NCBI RefSeq assembly: GCF_009914755.1
Contig: NC_060939.1
Reading direction: 5' to 3' (one strand)
Source: the human T2T-CHM13v2.0 reference genome, Homo sapiens
DNA length: 64,000 nt
Part shown: positions 16,652 through 38,327 of the stretch, piece after piece
Layout: the number at the start of each line of letters is the position of its first letter
Position numbering within the stretch: the first letter of the stretch is position 1
Translations under genes and position numbers: made by a program
Notes under the pieces: generated by a model
The model's database searches: none
What the model was told of the DNA's origin: nothing
What the model saw: the letters and a program-made list of their open reading frames with translations, nothing else

Positions 16652-17625
16652 TTACATTTATATTCACTCTTTACAGAAGCAATAAAAAGTTTAGGTTTCA
16701 TTCTCTGTCCCCTAATTGTGGTAAAAGTAAATAAATAAATGGAAAAATTAATAATAAACGTAAACATTAGCAAGGAAGACGGTGGGCCTGAGCAGAGACA
16801 AAAGAGTGCCTCAAAATTAGACCTTTTTTATTTTTTATTTTTGCTTTTCTATTAACTATATTCAACATCAACAGTGACATCAAAAAATCTTAATTTTATA
16901 ATTACAGCTTCTGCGATGGGCATTATTAATCAATGGCTTGTTTTCATTTATCTTTTTAAATGTATATGTATCTATACCAAAGGACTTCGAAAGGTCAAAG
17001 TGGTCTGGCTTTCTCTAACTGAAAATTAAATTACTAAGAAAGCTAATACCAGCTACTGGTAGATTTTTATACCTTTCAAGCCACTTTCACAGGCCAATTT
17101 TAAGATGTAATTTCTTCTGAAAAATCATTTACAATTTTAATTAACCTTTTTATCATTTAATAAAAGTTGATGACATGTGGCAGATAATTTGAACTCATCC
17201 TTTTATTATTCTTTGTATTGGCTATTTGTTTCGTTCTTAACTATAGTCAGTTTGAACTCCACATTTTAAGAATATCAGGTTTGAAGAAGGTGAAACCCAT
17301 ATTAGAAAACTGCAGTGGTTGTCTATGATGTAAAGTATAAAGCAATGGGCCTTTTGTTTCTGAATCTATAAACATTTGTGAATTATCCTGGAAATCTAAA
17401 AAATTTTTAATTTAAGATTTAGCTTTTCCAGATTTTATGGTACTAATTATGCCAACAAAGTTTATCAGCTAATTTGTCTTCTGTTTTTACTAGATTTCGT
17501 TTTCTGCATTATGTTTTGAGCCAAAGCTGAACGAAATTCTAGAACCAGTAGTAAAGAGGGTCATTTGATAACAAGAAGAGTTCTCAGCTGGGCGCGGTGG
17601 CTCATGCCTATAATTCCAGCATTTA

Positions 17626-17879
<254 letters not shown>

Positions 17880-18352
17880 TCAAAAAATAAAAAAATAAAA
17901 AAGAGTTCTCAGTGACTGAAGGAGATAGTATTAACAACAACAACAACAAAATCTACAAGTTGCCCTGGGCAACCTGCTTAGGTGCCCATAAAAGTAAATT
18001 ACAGTGGTACTTTTCTGCGCAAGTCACAGGGCCTCCACCTTCCACCTATAAAGCTTTCCCCTGTGCTGAGGAAACCTAGAAAATTTAAGAAAAGCTGATC
18101 AGTTGAGATACCATCAAAATTTTAAAATTCTTATGATTTACTATTATCCAGTATCTGTGTTGTTAATATTTAAAGCAAATTAATAAGCAGTTTCAAAAAG
18201 AATAAACAGCAAGATCTGATGAGAATAACATTGATGACACTCAGTGAACCTGAGTTCTATTTCCAGCTTTGCCAACTACAAACTTATGAGTATTAAGTGA
18301 ATATTAGCAAACCATATTATGCTAATACAAGGTCATTAACCTGTAGGTTTCA

Positions 18353-18751
<399 letters not shown>

Positions 18752-18992
18752 TCACACCTGTAATCCCAACACTTTGGGAAGCCGAGGCAGGTGGATCACT
18801 TGAGGTCAGGAGTCCAAAACCAGCCTGGCCATCATGGTGAAACCCCATCTCTACTAAAAATACAAAAATTAGGCTAGGCACGGTGGCTCACGCTTGTAAT
18901 TCCAGCACTTTGGGAGGCCGAGGCGGGCGGATCACCTGAGGTTGGGAGTTCGAGACCAACCTGACTAACATGGAGAAACCCCATCTCTACTA

Positions 18993-19151
<159 letters not shown>

Positions 19152-19154
19152 TCA

Positions 19155-19383
<229 letters not shown>

Positions 19384-19857
19384 TTACATCAAATTTTCTT
19401 TCATTTAATCTCCACAACCATAGGAACTATGGCAGATTTTTATTTACCAGTTTTACAGATAATATACAAATAAAGGTGAAATGATAAAGTATGAGAACCT
19501 AGGTCATAGTTGCTGCCTTGTGCTACTCTTCCAATATATCACATCCAGCCCTCTTTCGCTTATGATTCTCATTAAAATAAAGCAAAACATGAAAACATAG
19601 TATACTACACTGTGATTCTGCCTCAAGTTTATAAGGTTAATAAATTCTGTGGAGTTGGTAGAAGAGATCTGAGAGGTCAAATAATCCAGGCTCCACTGTT
19701 TTACAAACAAATTTTAGGCACAGAGAATCTAAGTGACTTGTCCAAGTTTAAATTGCTTTATATTTGATTCATATTTTCAGTCCCCTTATTCATGGAAAAA
19801 TACTTTCAAAAACTTTAGTAGGGACACTATTCAGGTAGAACATTAATAATTGACTGA

Positions 19858-20030
19858 AAGCTGGACACTGTGGCATGTACCTGAAGTCCCACCTTGAGAA
19901 GCCAAGGCCTGAGGATCACTTCAGCCCAGGAGTTCCAGGTTGCAGTGCACTATTATCCCATTTGTGAACAGCCAGTGCACTCCAGCCTGGGCAACAAAGT
20001 GAGATCTCTGTCTCAAAAAAAAGAAAAAGT
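19858..20030 (+). mobile_element. FAM-like fossil Alu monomer
   Basis: Monomer retaining the 7SL-like TGTGAACAGCCAGTGCACTCCAGCCTGGGCAAC segment, followed by an A tail. Confidence 0.65.
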
Positions 20031-20070
20031 TGATGAAGAGTAGATTGAATATGGTTTTATAGTACTTTTA

Positions 20071-20244
<174 letters not shown>

Positions 20245-20316
20245 CTATAATCCCAGCACTTTGGGAGGCCAAGGCGGGCGGATCACGAGGTCAGGAGATC
20301 GAGACCATCCTGGCTA

Positions 20317-20574
<258 letters not shown>

Positions 20575-20833
20575 TCACTGGAATCCAGGAGTTTGAGGCT
20601 GCAGTGAACTACGATCACTACTGCACTCTAGCCTGAGTGACAGAGAAAAACTTTCTCCCTTCTCCACACCAAAACAGTTAATTAAAAGCTGCCCTTTAAG
20701 AATGTTTTTAAGGGCCGGCCGTGGTGTCTCACGCCTGTAATCCCAGCACTTTGGGAGGCCAAGGCAGGCAGATCACTTGAGGTCGGGAGTTTGAGACCAG
20801 CCTGACCAACATGGAGAAACCCTGTCTCTACTA

Positions 20834-21041
<208 letters not shown>

Positions 21042-21104
21042 TTAAATCAGCTTCATTTCAACTCATTAGGACTTTTTTTATTTTTCAGCTCTAAGTACAT
21101 TTAA

Positions 21105-21341
<237 letters not shown>

Positions 21342-21375
21342 TAGCCAGGATGGTCTGGATCTCCTGACCCTGTGA

Positions 21376-21627
<252 letters not shown>

Positions 21628-21902
21628 TAGTAGAGGCAGGGTTTCACCATGTTGGCCAGGCTGATCTCAGACTCCTGACCTCAGGTGATCCACCGCACTC
21701 GGCCTAGAAATGTTCTTATATTTGTAATTTTCCCAACTAGAAATGCAAATGAAATTAAATTTATAAAGGATTAGTCATTGTAAGTCTTCCAAAAAAGTTA
21801 GTAAGTGAAGTCATTAACTTTTAATAGATTTTCCAGCTGGGCATGGTGGCTCACGCCTGTAATCCCAGCATTTTTGGAGGTTGAGGCGGGTGGATCACCT
21901 CA

Positions 21903-22144
<242 letters not shown>

Positions 22145-22359
22145 TCATCTATTAACTTTTAATAGGTGAACCATCTCAAAGTGAAATTTATTAAACAAAA
22201 AGTCTATTTATACTAACAGCACTTTAGAGAATACCCAGTTTGTAATTATTCTGACATAATTATACCAGGGCTGGGTGAACGTTTATCTTACATCAATGTA
22301 AGGTTGCAGAAGAAACTTAACTATTTAAGAAAATAAGCTATTTTCAAGTACTTCTATTA

Positions 22360-23132
<773 letters not shown>

Positions 23133-23901
23133 GTATTTTTGGCATTAGCATTAGAATTAAAATTAACTTCCATCTAAATCAGTACACATTTCAGTTCTTT
23201 TGTAAGTAATGCTGTGAATTAAATTTTTCTACAATAAAGTTTCTTAGGATAGAATTCACAATCAGAATTTCAGGATTCAGTCATGACATTTTTTAGAGTT
23301 TTTCATGCAGTTTGTTGGTTTTTTTAAACATTGTTACATATATATATAGAGAGAGAGATAGAGTCTTTTGCTCTGTCACCAGGCTGGAGTGCAGTGGCGT
23401 GATCTTGGCTCACTGCAACCTCTGCCTCATGGGTCCAAGGGATCCTCTCCTGCCTCAGCCTCCCGAGTAGCTGGGACTACAGGCGCATGCCACCACAACC
23501 AGCTAATTTTTGTATTTTTAGTAGAGACGGGGTTTCACCATGTTGTCCAGGATGGTCTCAATCTCTTGACCTCGTGATCCGCCCACCTTGGCCTCCCAAA
23601 GTGCTGGGATTTACAGGTGTGAGCCATTGCGCCTGGACGAAACTTGTTATATTAATTTATCAAGCCATCATCAATGCAAAGTGCTTTTCAGTGCCAAAAT
23701 TATGTATCATCTATATATAAAACTACATATATATATTTAATTTACATATTACATTGTAGTACATTGTAGTAAATGGCACCACCATCCGCCCAAGTGTTTG
23801 TCCAGAAACCTGGACGTTATCCTAGATCTGTCCTTTTCCCTCACCACCCACCTCCAATCAATCATGAGATCCTGTGAATTCTACTTCCAAAATATATTTC
23901 A

Positions 23902-24272
<371 letters not shown>

Positions 24273-24963
24273 TCATCATTACTCAATGGACTACTGCAGC
24301 TCCTCACCACATTCACACAGGCCCTAACAACAGCCAAAGTAATTTTACTAGAATTATATTACCTCATGTCACTCCTCTCCTTAAAACCCTTCAATAGTTT
24401 TTCATTGCTTTTACAATAAAGATTCAGATTTTAAACACAGTCAACAAAACCCTAAGAGATCTAACCCCTGGCTCTCTATTCTGATCTCATGATATTTTCA
24501 CCCTAATTTACTTGACTTTTGCCATACTTTGTCCCCACTTCTATCTTTTACTTCCTTGCCTTATAGTCAATCTTAGATTGAATGGTACTTCAGTGGAATG
24601 GCTTTCCCTAACCCCCAACACTAGATAAGAACCCCCATTCTGTCTTCATTAATATCTTGTATTTTTTTTTCTTCATAGCAGTTATCACAATTGTAATTAT
24701 TCAGTTAGCTATGTAATTAGTTATTTAATGGCTGCCCACATACCCAGGCTAACCCTGGATGTTTATCTTGTTCCTTTCTCACTCTAAAATCAAGCTGTAC
24801 TTCCTCTTCTAACTATGACTTTTACAGATTTTTCCCTATGATTTACAGATTTTTAAATAAATTCTCATAGTTCTAGTACAGAATGTTTAAAAAGGTAACT
24901 TAGCATATTTTTGACAACTTTGCTCTGTGTACAGGTGTATGTGATTTTAAGGGTAGTCTTCAA

Positions 24964-25343
24964 CGTCAAGAGAAGAGACCACCAAACAGGCTTTGTGTGA
25001 GCAATAAAGCTTTTTAATCACCTGGGTGGAGGCGGGCTGAGTCCGAAAAGACAGTCAGCGAAGGGAGATAGGGGTGGGGCCGTTTTATAGGATTTGGGTA
25101 GGTAATGGAAAATTACAGTCAAAGGGGGTTATTCTGTGGCGGGCAGGGGCAGGGGTCACAAGGTGCTCAGTGGGGGAGGTTCTGAGCCAGGAGAAGGAAT
25201 TTCACAAGGTAATGTCATCAGTTAAGGCAGGAACCGGCCATTTTCACTTCTTTTGTGATTCTTCACTTGCTTCAGGCCATCTGGATGTATACGTGCAGGT
25301 CACTAGGGATATGATGGCTTAGCTTGGGCTCAGAGGCCTGACA
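24964..25343 (-). mobile_element. Solo HERV-H LTR (LTR7 family)
   Basis: The minus strand begins TGTCAGGCCTCTGAGCCCAAGCTAAGCCATCATATCCC and carries ATTAAAAAGCTTTATTGCTCACACAAAGCC. 5-bp TSD TTCAA at 24959-24963 and 25344-25348. Confidence 0.92.
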
Positions 25344-25370
25344 TTCAATGCCCTCAAGAGAACAGAATTC
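25272..25370 (-). CDS. DNAAF4: DNAAF4 alternative terminal exon, EFCSLEGIECQASEPKLSHHIPSDLHVYIQMA*, largely LTR7-derived
   Basis: Strong acceptor CACTTCCCTTTTTCAG|GAA, phase 0 and so compatible with exon 8. 32 codons plus TGA; LTR ATTAAA at 25013-25018 (minus). Matches my recollection of the alternative C-terminus of a DYX1C1 isoform. Confidence 0.8.
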   Translation of the reverse strand, partial: EFCSLEGIECQASEPKLSHHIPSDLHVYIQMA

Positions 25371-25459
25371 CTGAAAAAGGGAAGTGGGTGGGACTGAATT
25401 AAACTTTATTTTTTTCAGAACTTTATAATGGAGAATGATTTTATGTGTTTATCTTTTAG

Positions 25460-25807
25460 GATAAGAAAAGTACTTCACCTTCAAATTCAGACACAGAAAT
25501 GAAATCTGAACAACTGCCTCCTTGTGTGAACCCTGGCAATCCTGTGTTTTCATGTATGTTGGATCCAAAGACACTCCAGACAGCCACCTCACTATCAAAA
25601 CCTCAAATGATTATGTATAAAACCAATTCAAGTCATTATGGTGAATTTCTACCTATTCCACAGTTTTTCCCCTGCAATTATACTCCAAAGGAGCAAGTAT
25701 TTTCAAGCCATATCAGAGCAACTGGATTTTATCAAAATAACACTCTAAATACTGCACCTGACAGAACCAGAACTCTTGATTTTCCTAATATTCAACACAC
25801 TCTATGA
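25460..25807 (+). CDS. PIERCE2: PIERCE2 coding exon 2 (DKKSTSPS...NIQHTL*); 121 aa in total, axonemal microtubule inner protein
   Basis: Acceptor TTTATCTTTTAG|GAT. ORF 25499-25807 extends 13 codons upstream to the acceptor and contains the PIERCE-type YKTNSSHYGEFLP segment. 6+115=121 aa. Confidence 0.93.
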   Translation, partial: DKKSTSPSNSDTEMKSEQLPPCVNPGNPVFSCMLDPKTLQTATSLSKPQMIMYKTNSSHYGEFLPIPQFFPCNYTPKEQVFSSHIRATGFYQNNTLNTAPDRTRTLDFPNIQHTL

Positions 25808-25882
25808 AAATATATTCCTTTGTATATTGAAGAGAAAATATACTCGGGAAAAATGAGTGTTAAATCTAAGGGTAGAATACCT

Positions 25883-25933
25883 AATAAAGAAGATAAAAAG
25901 TTTTGAATCAATTTTTAAAATAAGTTAAATAAA
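25883..25933 (+). terminator. PIERCE2: PIERCE2 poly(A) signals
   Basis: AATAAA at 25883-25888 and 25928-25933, downstream of the stop codon. Confidence 0.7.
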
Positions 25934-27075
25934 GTATTTCAACTGATAACTACATGACAGTGACTTTTTAAATGAAAATATGTTCAAAATAGCAAAATAA
26001 AAGGTAGAAAGTGTTTTAGTCCATGTAATCCAAAAGCTTCAAAAGCCTTTCATATTTTATTTACTTATCTATTGAGTATACTTATCAAGACAAAGGAACA
26101 CAGGAGCTGTAAGGAAAAAAAAATTGATTTAAGGAAGCTTCTGACCAACAATTTCACACTTTTTTTTTTTTTTTTTTTGAGTTGGAGTCTCGCTCTGTCG
26201 CCCAGGTTAGAGTGCAGTGGTTGCTCACTGCGACCTCCGCCTCCCAGGTTCAAGCGATTTTCCTGCCTCAGCCTCCTGAGTAGCTGGGATTACAGGCACT
26301 CGCCACTACACCCAGCTAATTTTTTGTATTTTTAGTAGAGACGGGGTTTCACCCTGTTAGCTAGGATGGTCTCAATTTCCTGACCTGGTGATCCGCCTGC
26401 CTCGGCCACCCAAAGTGCTGAGATTACAGGTGTGAGTCACTGTGCCCAGCCAACACACTTATATTTTTTATTTTTGGAGAAATGGTTTCACCTTATCTCA
26501 CCCAAGCTGGAATGCAGTGGCATGATCATGGTTCACTGCAACCTTGGACTCCTGGGCTCAAACTATCCCCCACCTCAGCCTCTCGACTAGCTGGGACTAC
26601 AGGCACCAACAACCATGCCCCTAGCTAATTTGTGGGGGGTGTGTGTGTGTGTGTGTGTAGATGGAGTCTCACTGTGTTGCCCAGGCTGATCTCAAACTCC
26701 TGTCCTCAAGCAGTCATCCTGCCTCGGCCTCCCAAAGTGTTGGGATTACAGGAGTGAGCCACACTGCCCAGCCAATTTCCCACTTTTAACATTGTGTTAG
26801 TTCCCACTGCTAGGCTGGTGGAAGAGAGAACTTGTAATTTATTGATAGATTGAGCAAATATTTTTTGAACCCCGACTGATGGCAGACTGTACTATGCAAA
26901 TAGAGATACAGAAATAAAAGACAGTGATTTTTGTTTTAATTAACAATATTGGCCGGGTGCGGTGGCTCACACCTGTAATCCCAGCACATTGGGAGCCCGG
27001 GGCTGGTGGATCACCTGAGGTCAGGAGTTTAAGACCGACCGGCCTGGCCAAAATGGTGAAACCCCATCTCAACTA

Positions 27076-27237
<162 letters not shown>

Positions 27238-28263
27238 TCAAAAAAAAAGAATAAAAAAAAGTATTTTGGGAGAATGAGATTAGCAAATTAATATGTGATA
27301 ATTTTTGTAATGTAAAGTAGGCAGTATGCACAGGCCTTTCAGACAGACACAGAATTGCTCAAATTGAGACCAGAGAGATCAGGAGAAGTGTCCTGGAGAA
27401 GATAAAGCTAAATCAAAAGAAGGCTATTCTAGGGAGAGGAAACTATATGGATAAAAGTACAAAGATGTGAGACAATGTGGTATATTTTTATAAATGCAAT
27501 TAATTTTATATATCTTCAACACAGTGTGAGCAGTGGCAGGTGACAGGCTACACAATTCTTTAAAATCTTTGATTCTACTACACACAGATTTATTTCAGCT
27601 GCCATCTGTTTAAACCATATGTTGATAATTGGGTCTGAGTATCTTTCTGGAAAAAAAAAAAATCATTGTTATTTTCCCCTGTTGGTTTCAGTTCAGGATA
27701 TTACCATCAATTAGAAAGAATAAATTTGTGAGTCATAAGGGGATTATAAAAGTTGAATCTTCTAATCATAAAATTTGCTTGATGTAAGGAAACAGCTCAA
27801 ACTCTGCAGACTCATCAACTTCTTCCAAATACCCCCCCAAAACTGATATTTGGTAATGGCACAAGCAAGAAGAAAAATTAATTTTTTTCACTTCCTCAAA
27901 ACATCAAATAGTGGGGCACTGCACAAGATGTCCAAGTGAATTATGCAATAACATTTTAGTTTATTAGCCTGTTCTTGCAGTATAAACCATACAAACCATT
28001 TTCCCCCTTCACTGCAGGTGCCCAATTCATGGCAAGTGAATTTACCTTTTTATATGTAGAATCTAGATACTAACCTAAAATTCCTACCTATGGCAGTGGT
28101 GCACTGTTCGGTCATTTTTGTTGTTGCTAAATTCTCAGGATTGGCCGGGCACGGTGGCTTACACCTGTAATCCCAGCATTTTGGGAGGCCGAGACGGGCA
28201 GATCACTTGAGGTCAGGAGGTCGAGACCAGCCTAGCCAACATGACAAAACCCCGTCTCTACTA

Positions 28264-28421
<158 letters not shown>

Positions 28422-28829
28422 TCAAAAAAAAAAAAAAAAAAAAATTCTCAGGATACTCCAGGCACAGTGGCTCACACTTAAAATCCCAGCACTTTTGAGA
28501 GGCCGAGGTGGTCCGATTACAGGAAGCCAGGAGTTCAAGGCAAGCCTGGGCAACATGGTGAGACCACATCTCTACTAAAAATACAAAATGCTTAGCCAGG
28601 CATGGTGGTGCATGCCTGTAATCCCAGCTACTCCAGAGGCTGAGGCACAAGAATCTCTTTAACCTGGGAGGTGGAGGTTGCAGTGAGCTGAGATCATGCC
28701 ACTGCACTCCAACCTGAGTGACAGAGGGAGACTTCATCTAAAAAATAATAAAATTATCAGGATAAGTAGCTGAAAATCAAGCATATCATCTGGAATTTCA
28801 TTATATACACAGTCATTCAGTGCCTATTA

Positions 28830-29207
<378 letters not shown>

Positions 29208-29937
29208 CTAGTCCTAATGGAGTTTAGATTCTAATGAATCCCAGCAGGAGAAAACAGACCAAAAAGCATGTATAAATACATATTTTTATATATTTACAAA
29301 TAAAAATACACATGAATATATGCATAAATAACATGATAACATACATAGGTAACTATGTAAATATATATGGCTAGATGTATAGAACATGCCAAGTGATAAG
29401 TGTTATGGGAAAAAACATAAAATAGAGTTAGGAGGAAAGTGAGTACTTCAGCAAGGAGTTACTTTAGGTAGGTGGAAAGGGAAGGTTTCTGATAAGGAGA
29501 TGTCTGACCACACCCTCTAAAGGAGGTTAAGAGAACATCTGAGGAAAGTCAAGTTGATGTAAGGCAACTGAATATACAACTTGAATTCAAGGGAGTAGCC
29601 CAAATTGAAGATTATCACTTGGAACATGTTATTTAAAATGATTAAACCAGATAAGACTACAAAGTGTAGGTAGAAAACAGACCTGAGGACTATGCTTTAG
29701 GGAAAACCACCATTTAGAGGTCAAGGCAAAGAACAAGAAGAAACAAATGAGACCAAGAAGGAGTGACTACTGAAGAAAGAGGAAATTAGAAGACTGTGAG
29801 GCCTGGAAGCCCAGCTTGTTTCAAGGAGAGGGAATGACCCAGCAGTGTGAAATTATCTTGGGAGATATAGCATATGAATTGAGAACTGACCTTTGATTAG
29901 GCAAATCAGAGGTCATGGATGACTTCAAACAGAATTA

Positions 29938-30413
<476 letters not shown>

Positions 30414-31339
30414 TTAAGATATGATATAATATAGCATATTTTGTATTCTTTTTGAGTCAGGGTCTCCCTCTGTCACCCAGGCTGGAGCGCAATGACACAA
30501 GCACAGCTCACTGTAACCTCAACCTCGACTTCCCCGGCTCAAGCGATTTTCCAACCTCAGCCTCCCAAGTAGCTAGGACTACAGTCATGCACCACCATGC
30601 CTGGCTAACTTTTTTTCTATTTTTTGTAGAGATGGGGGTCTCGCTATGTTGCTTAGGTTAGTCTTGGACTCCTGGGCTCAAGTTATCCTCCCACCTCCTC
30701 CCAAGTGCTGGGATTATAGGCATAACCCACCACCTCCCAAAGTGTTGGGATTATGGGTGTGAGCCACCATGCTGACCAGAGTATTTGTATTCTGATTAGA
30801 ACACATTTTGAGAACTGCTGACCTACAGCAATCAGATGTAAATATAGCTGAAGATAACTAGAGAGTCATGTTAGTCCTTAATATGGACTAAAAAAGCTAA
30901 AGTAAAGCCAGCGCGGTGGCTCACACCTGCAATCTCAGCACTTTGGGAGGCTAAGGCCGGTGGATCACTTAAGATAAGGAGTGCGAGACCAGGCTGGCCA
31001 ATATGGTGAAATGCTGTCTCTATTAAAAAATACAAAAATAGGCCAGGCACAGTGTCTCACACCTGTAATCCCAGCATTTTGGGAGGCCAAGGTGGGCAAA
31101 TCGCCAGAGGTCGGGAGTTTTGAGACCAGCCTGGGCAACATGGTGAAAAGCCATCTCTACTAAAAATACCAAAATTAGCCGGGCATGGTGGCGCATGCCT
31201 GTAATCTCAGCTACTTGGGAGGCTGAGGCAGGAGAATCACTTGAACCCAGGAGGTGGAGGTTGCAGTAAGCCTACATCACACTACTGCACTCTAGCCTGG
31301 GTGACAAAGCAAGACTCTGTCACACACACAAAAGAGACT

Positions 31340-31657
31340 ATTAGGTCATGGGGACACCATACTCTTGAATAAATTAAAGTTGTTAATACAGAAGTGAGTT
31401 AGTTATTGCAGGACTGGGTTTAGTTATAAAAGAGGGGAGTTCAGCCCCCTTTTCCTTTCCTTTCTTCTTGCATGCTGTCTTACTATGTGATACATTCTGC
31501 CATGTTATCATATAGCAAGAAGGTCTTCACCAGATGCATGTAGTCCCTTAATCTTGACTGCCCAGCATGCAGAACCATGAACCAAATAAATCTCTGTCCT
31601 TTATAAATTACCTAGTCTGTGGTATTCTGATACAGCAGTGGAAAATGAAGTAAGGCA
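31340..31657 (+). mobile_element. MaLR LTR fragment (MST-like)
   Basis: Typical MaLR 3' end AATAAATCTCTGTCCTTTATAAATTACCTAGTCTGTGGTATTCTGATACAGCA. Confidence 0.7.
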
Positions 31658-31744
31658 CCTACTTTTTCCCTAGATGGCATGTGCAAAATCCTTTGCCCTT
31701 ATTTCCCACATGGATGAAATTTGTTGGAAAGCAGTTGGCTTGCT

Positions 31745-32860
<1,116 letters not shown>

Positions 32861-33094
32861 GGGAACCAAGACAGAATAGGTTTATATAACACTAAACTAT
32901 TAGACAATATCTCTGTATTAGGACTAATATTTTGACCTCTGTCAGCAAAGAGCTAACGTGTGGAAAATAAAAATCATCCCAAACCTGGTGTAGGACAGAA
33001 CCCTTTTGCTTGATGTAATTCACAACCTCTTTCTGGGATGTGTTAAATAAAATGTATGGAAGGCCACTGATTTGGACTGAACCTCTTGCGCTAG

Positions 33095-33767
33095 TGTAAC
33101 TGCCCAATGGGTTGACCTTGCCTGCTGCCTAGACAGAGCCAATTTATCAAGACAGGGGAACTGCAACAGAGACAGAGTAATTCACACAGAGCCAGCTATG
33201 CAGGAGACCAGCGTTTTATTACTAATCAAATCAGACTGCCCAAGCATTTGGGAATCAGAGTTTTTAAGGACAACTTGGTGGGTGGGGGGAAGCCAGTGAG
33301 CCAGGAGTGCTGATTGGTTAGGTAGATGAAATCAATAGGAATTGAAGCTGTCCTCTTACACTGAGTCAGTTCCTGGGTGGAAGTCACAAGATGGGATGAG
33401 CCAGTTTATTGAGCTAGGTGGTGCCAGCTGATCCAGCAAGTGCAGGGTCTGCAAAATATCTCAAGCACTGATCTTAGGAGCAGTTTAGTGAGGGTCAGAA
33501 TCTTGTAACTTCCAACGGCATGACTCCTAAACCATAATTTCTAATCTTGTGGCTAATTTCTTAGTCCTACAAAGGCAGTCTAATCCCCAGGCAGGAAGGA
33601 AAAGGTTTTGGAGAAAGGTTGTTAACATCTTTGTTTCCAACTATAATCTATAAACTAAGTTCCTCCCAAAGTTAGTTCAGCCTATGCACAGGAAGGAACA
33701 AGGACAGCTTAAAGGTTAGAACCAAGATGGAGTCTGTTAGGTTAGCTCTCTTTCACTGTCTCAGTCA
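33095..33767 (-). mobile_element. LTR8 copy 1
   Basis: TGTAACTGCCCAATGGGTTGACCTTGCCTGCTGCCTAGACAGAGCC is the reverse complement of the LTR8 3' end; the 5' end is clipped at an Alu fragment. Confidence 0.8.
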
Positions 33768-34166
33768 TTGTCCTGCCTCAGACTCCTGAGTAGCTGGGAT
33801 TACAGGTGCTTGCCACCATGTCCGGCTAATTTTTGTATTTTTAGTGGAGCTGGGATTGGCCAGGCTGGTCTCGAACCCCTGACCTCAGGTGATCCGCCCA
33901 TCTCAGCCTCCCAAAGTGCTGGAATTACAGGCATGAGCCACTGAGCCTGGCCCAAAATTTAGTTGTTTATCTGATCTTCTGATAAATCATGAGAGAGAAG
34001 ATAGCCAAATACCCAAACAGGCCCCTTTTAGCTGGCAGGATAGGGAAGTCCTCACTGTTTTAACTCTTGCAAGGAAAGTGATCTGAAGTTACATCAACCA
34101 ACCCACTTTTTGTATTATGCTGTTTCTTGTTCCTGCTTCAGCTACCCTATAAATACCAATTGTTTT

Positions 34167-36069
<1,903 letters not shown>

Positions 36070-36151
36070 TTCTGCCACCTCTAGCAGTGTCTCTTCTAAA
36101 TCTTTATATAAGATGCTGCTTGATTCATGAGTCACTGATAAAGGCCAATTA

Positions 36152-36446
<295 letters not shown>

Positions 36447-36449
36447 CTA

Positions 36450-36605
<156 letters not shown>

Positions 36606-36888
36606 TTAATCAGGCGTGGTGGTGCCTGTAATCTCAGCTACTCAGGAGGCCTGAGGCAGGAGAATCCCTTAAACCTGGGAGGTGGAGGATGCAGTGAGCT
36701 ATGATCAGGCCACTGCTCTCCAGCCTGGGCAACAAGAGTGAAACTGTGTCTCAAGAAAAAAAAAAAAAAAGGCTGGGCGCGGTGGCTCACACCTGTAATC
36801 CAGCACTTTGGGAGGCCAAGGTGGGTGGATCACGAAATCAGGAGATTGAGACCATCCTGGCTAACATGGTGAAACCCCATCTCTACTA

Positions 36889-37083
<195 letters not shown>

Positions 37084-37903
37084 TTAGAGAATTACAGTAA
37101 CTACAAGCAAAAGGGAAGCTGTGCTATTGTGCTTAACACTTGCATAATCCCAGTGATACAACACAAATGATGGTGCAGTCCAATACCAATACCATAATAT
37201 TCCAGGTTAATATCTTACACTTTGCTGTCTTTTCTCCCCCTTGTCTACTTGGAGGTACTAGAAAACTATTTCACTCAAAAATTTATCTTCACCAGATAGT
37301 GTTATGAAATATGATCAGTTTTCAGGTGCACAGCCTATAAATGAAGTTGAATATAAGGTTTTCTAAACAGTTGTTTTATACTAGGCTGAACTGGTCTAAT
37401 CTTGAACAACAAGCATTAGAGAAGTATTAAACAAAAAAATAAGGTTCTGTGCAGTTGGAAACTAACGGACAACCTGTCAATATTTATTATACCAAAGTCA
37501 ACCATTCAGTCAATTAAATGGTATATTAATACAAACAAAAGTTATTTATAAATCTTTTATTTTAAAATTCTACCTTGTTAAAAATTAATCAGTAAGTGTC
37601 CTGGTAACTATACCAAAACATATTTTGTTACAAGGGCAAGCTTAATTCAGTAACACAAAAAAGTATACATATGTATTAATATGAAGAAATAAGGAATTAA
37701 AATAGATTCTTATTTAGATTTACTTATTCAGAAATGATTCAAGTCAAACAGTTTATTTTCTATAGATTTATAATATTTTGCCCTCAACAGAACTAAAGTA
37801 CTAAACAGAAAGCGATTCTGTACAACTGGCCATAATATGTACAAAGATGCCTCCAGTTGTTTTTAAAAAACTTATAACAATACTTAGTTACTTCTAATAG
37901 TCA

Positions 37904-38053
<150 letters not shown>

Positions 38054-38141
38054 TTATTAGCACTTCTTTTATCTAGACAATAGTTGTTTAAAATAAAAAT
38101 AATCACTAGTAGCATGGTTCAGAACAAGTACCAAGTTTTAA

Positions 38142-38327
<186 letters not shown>

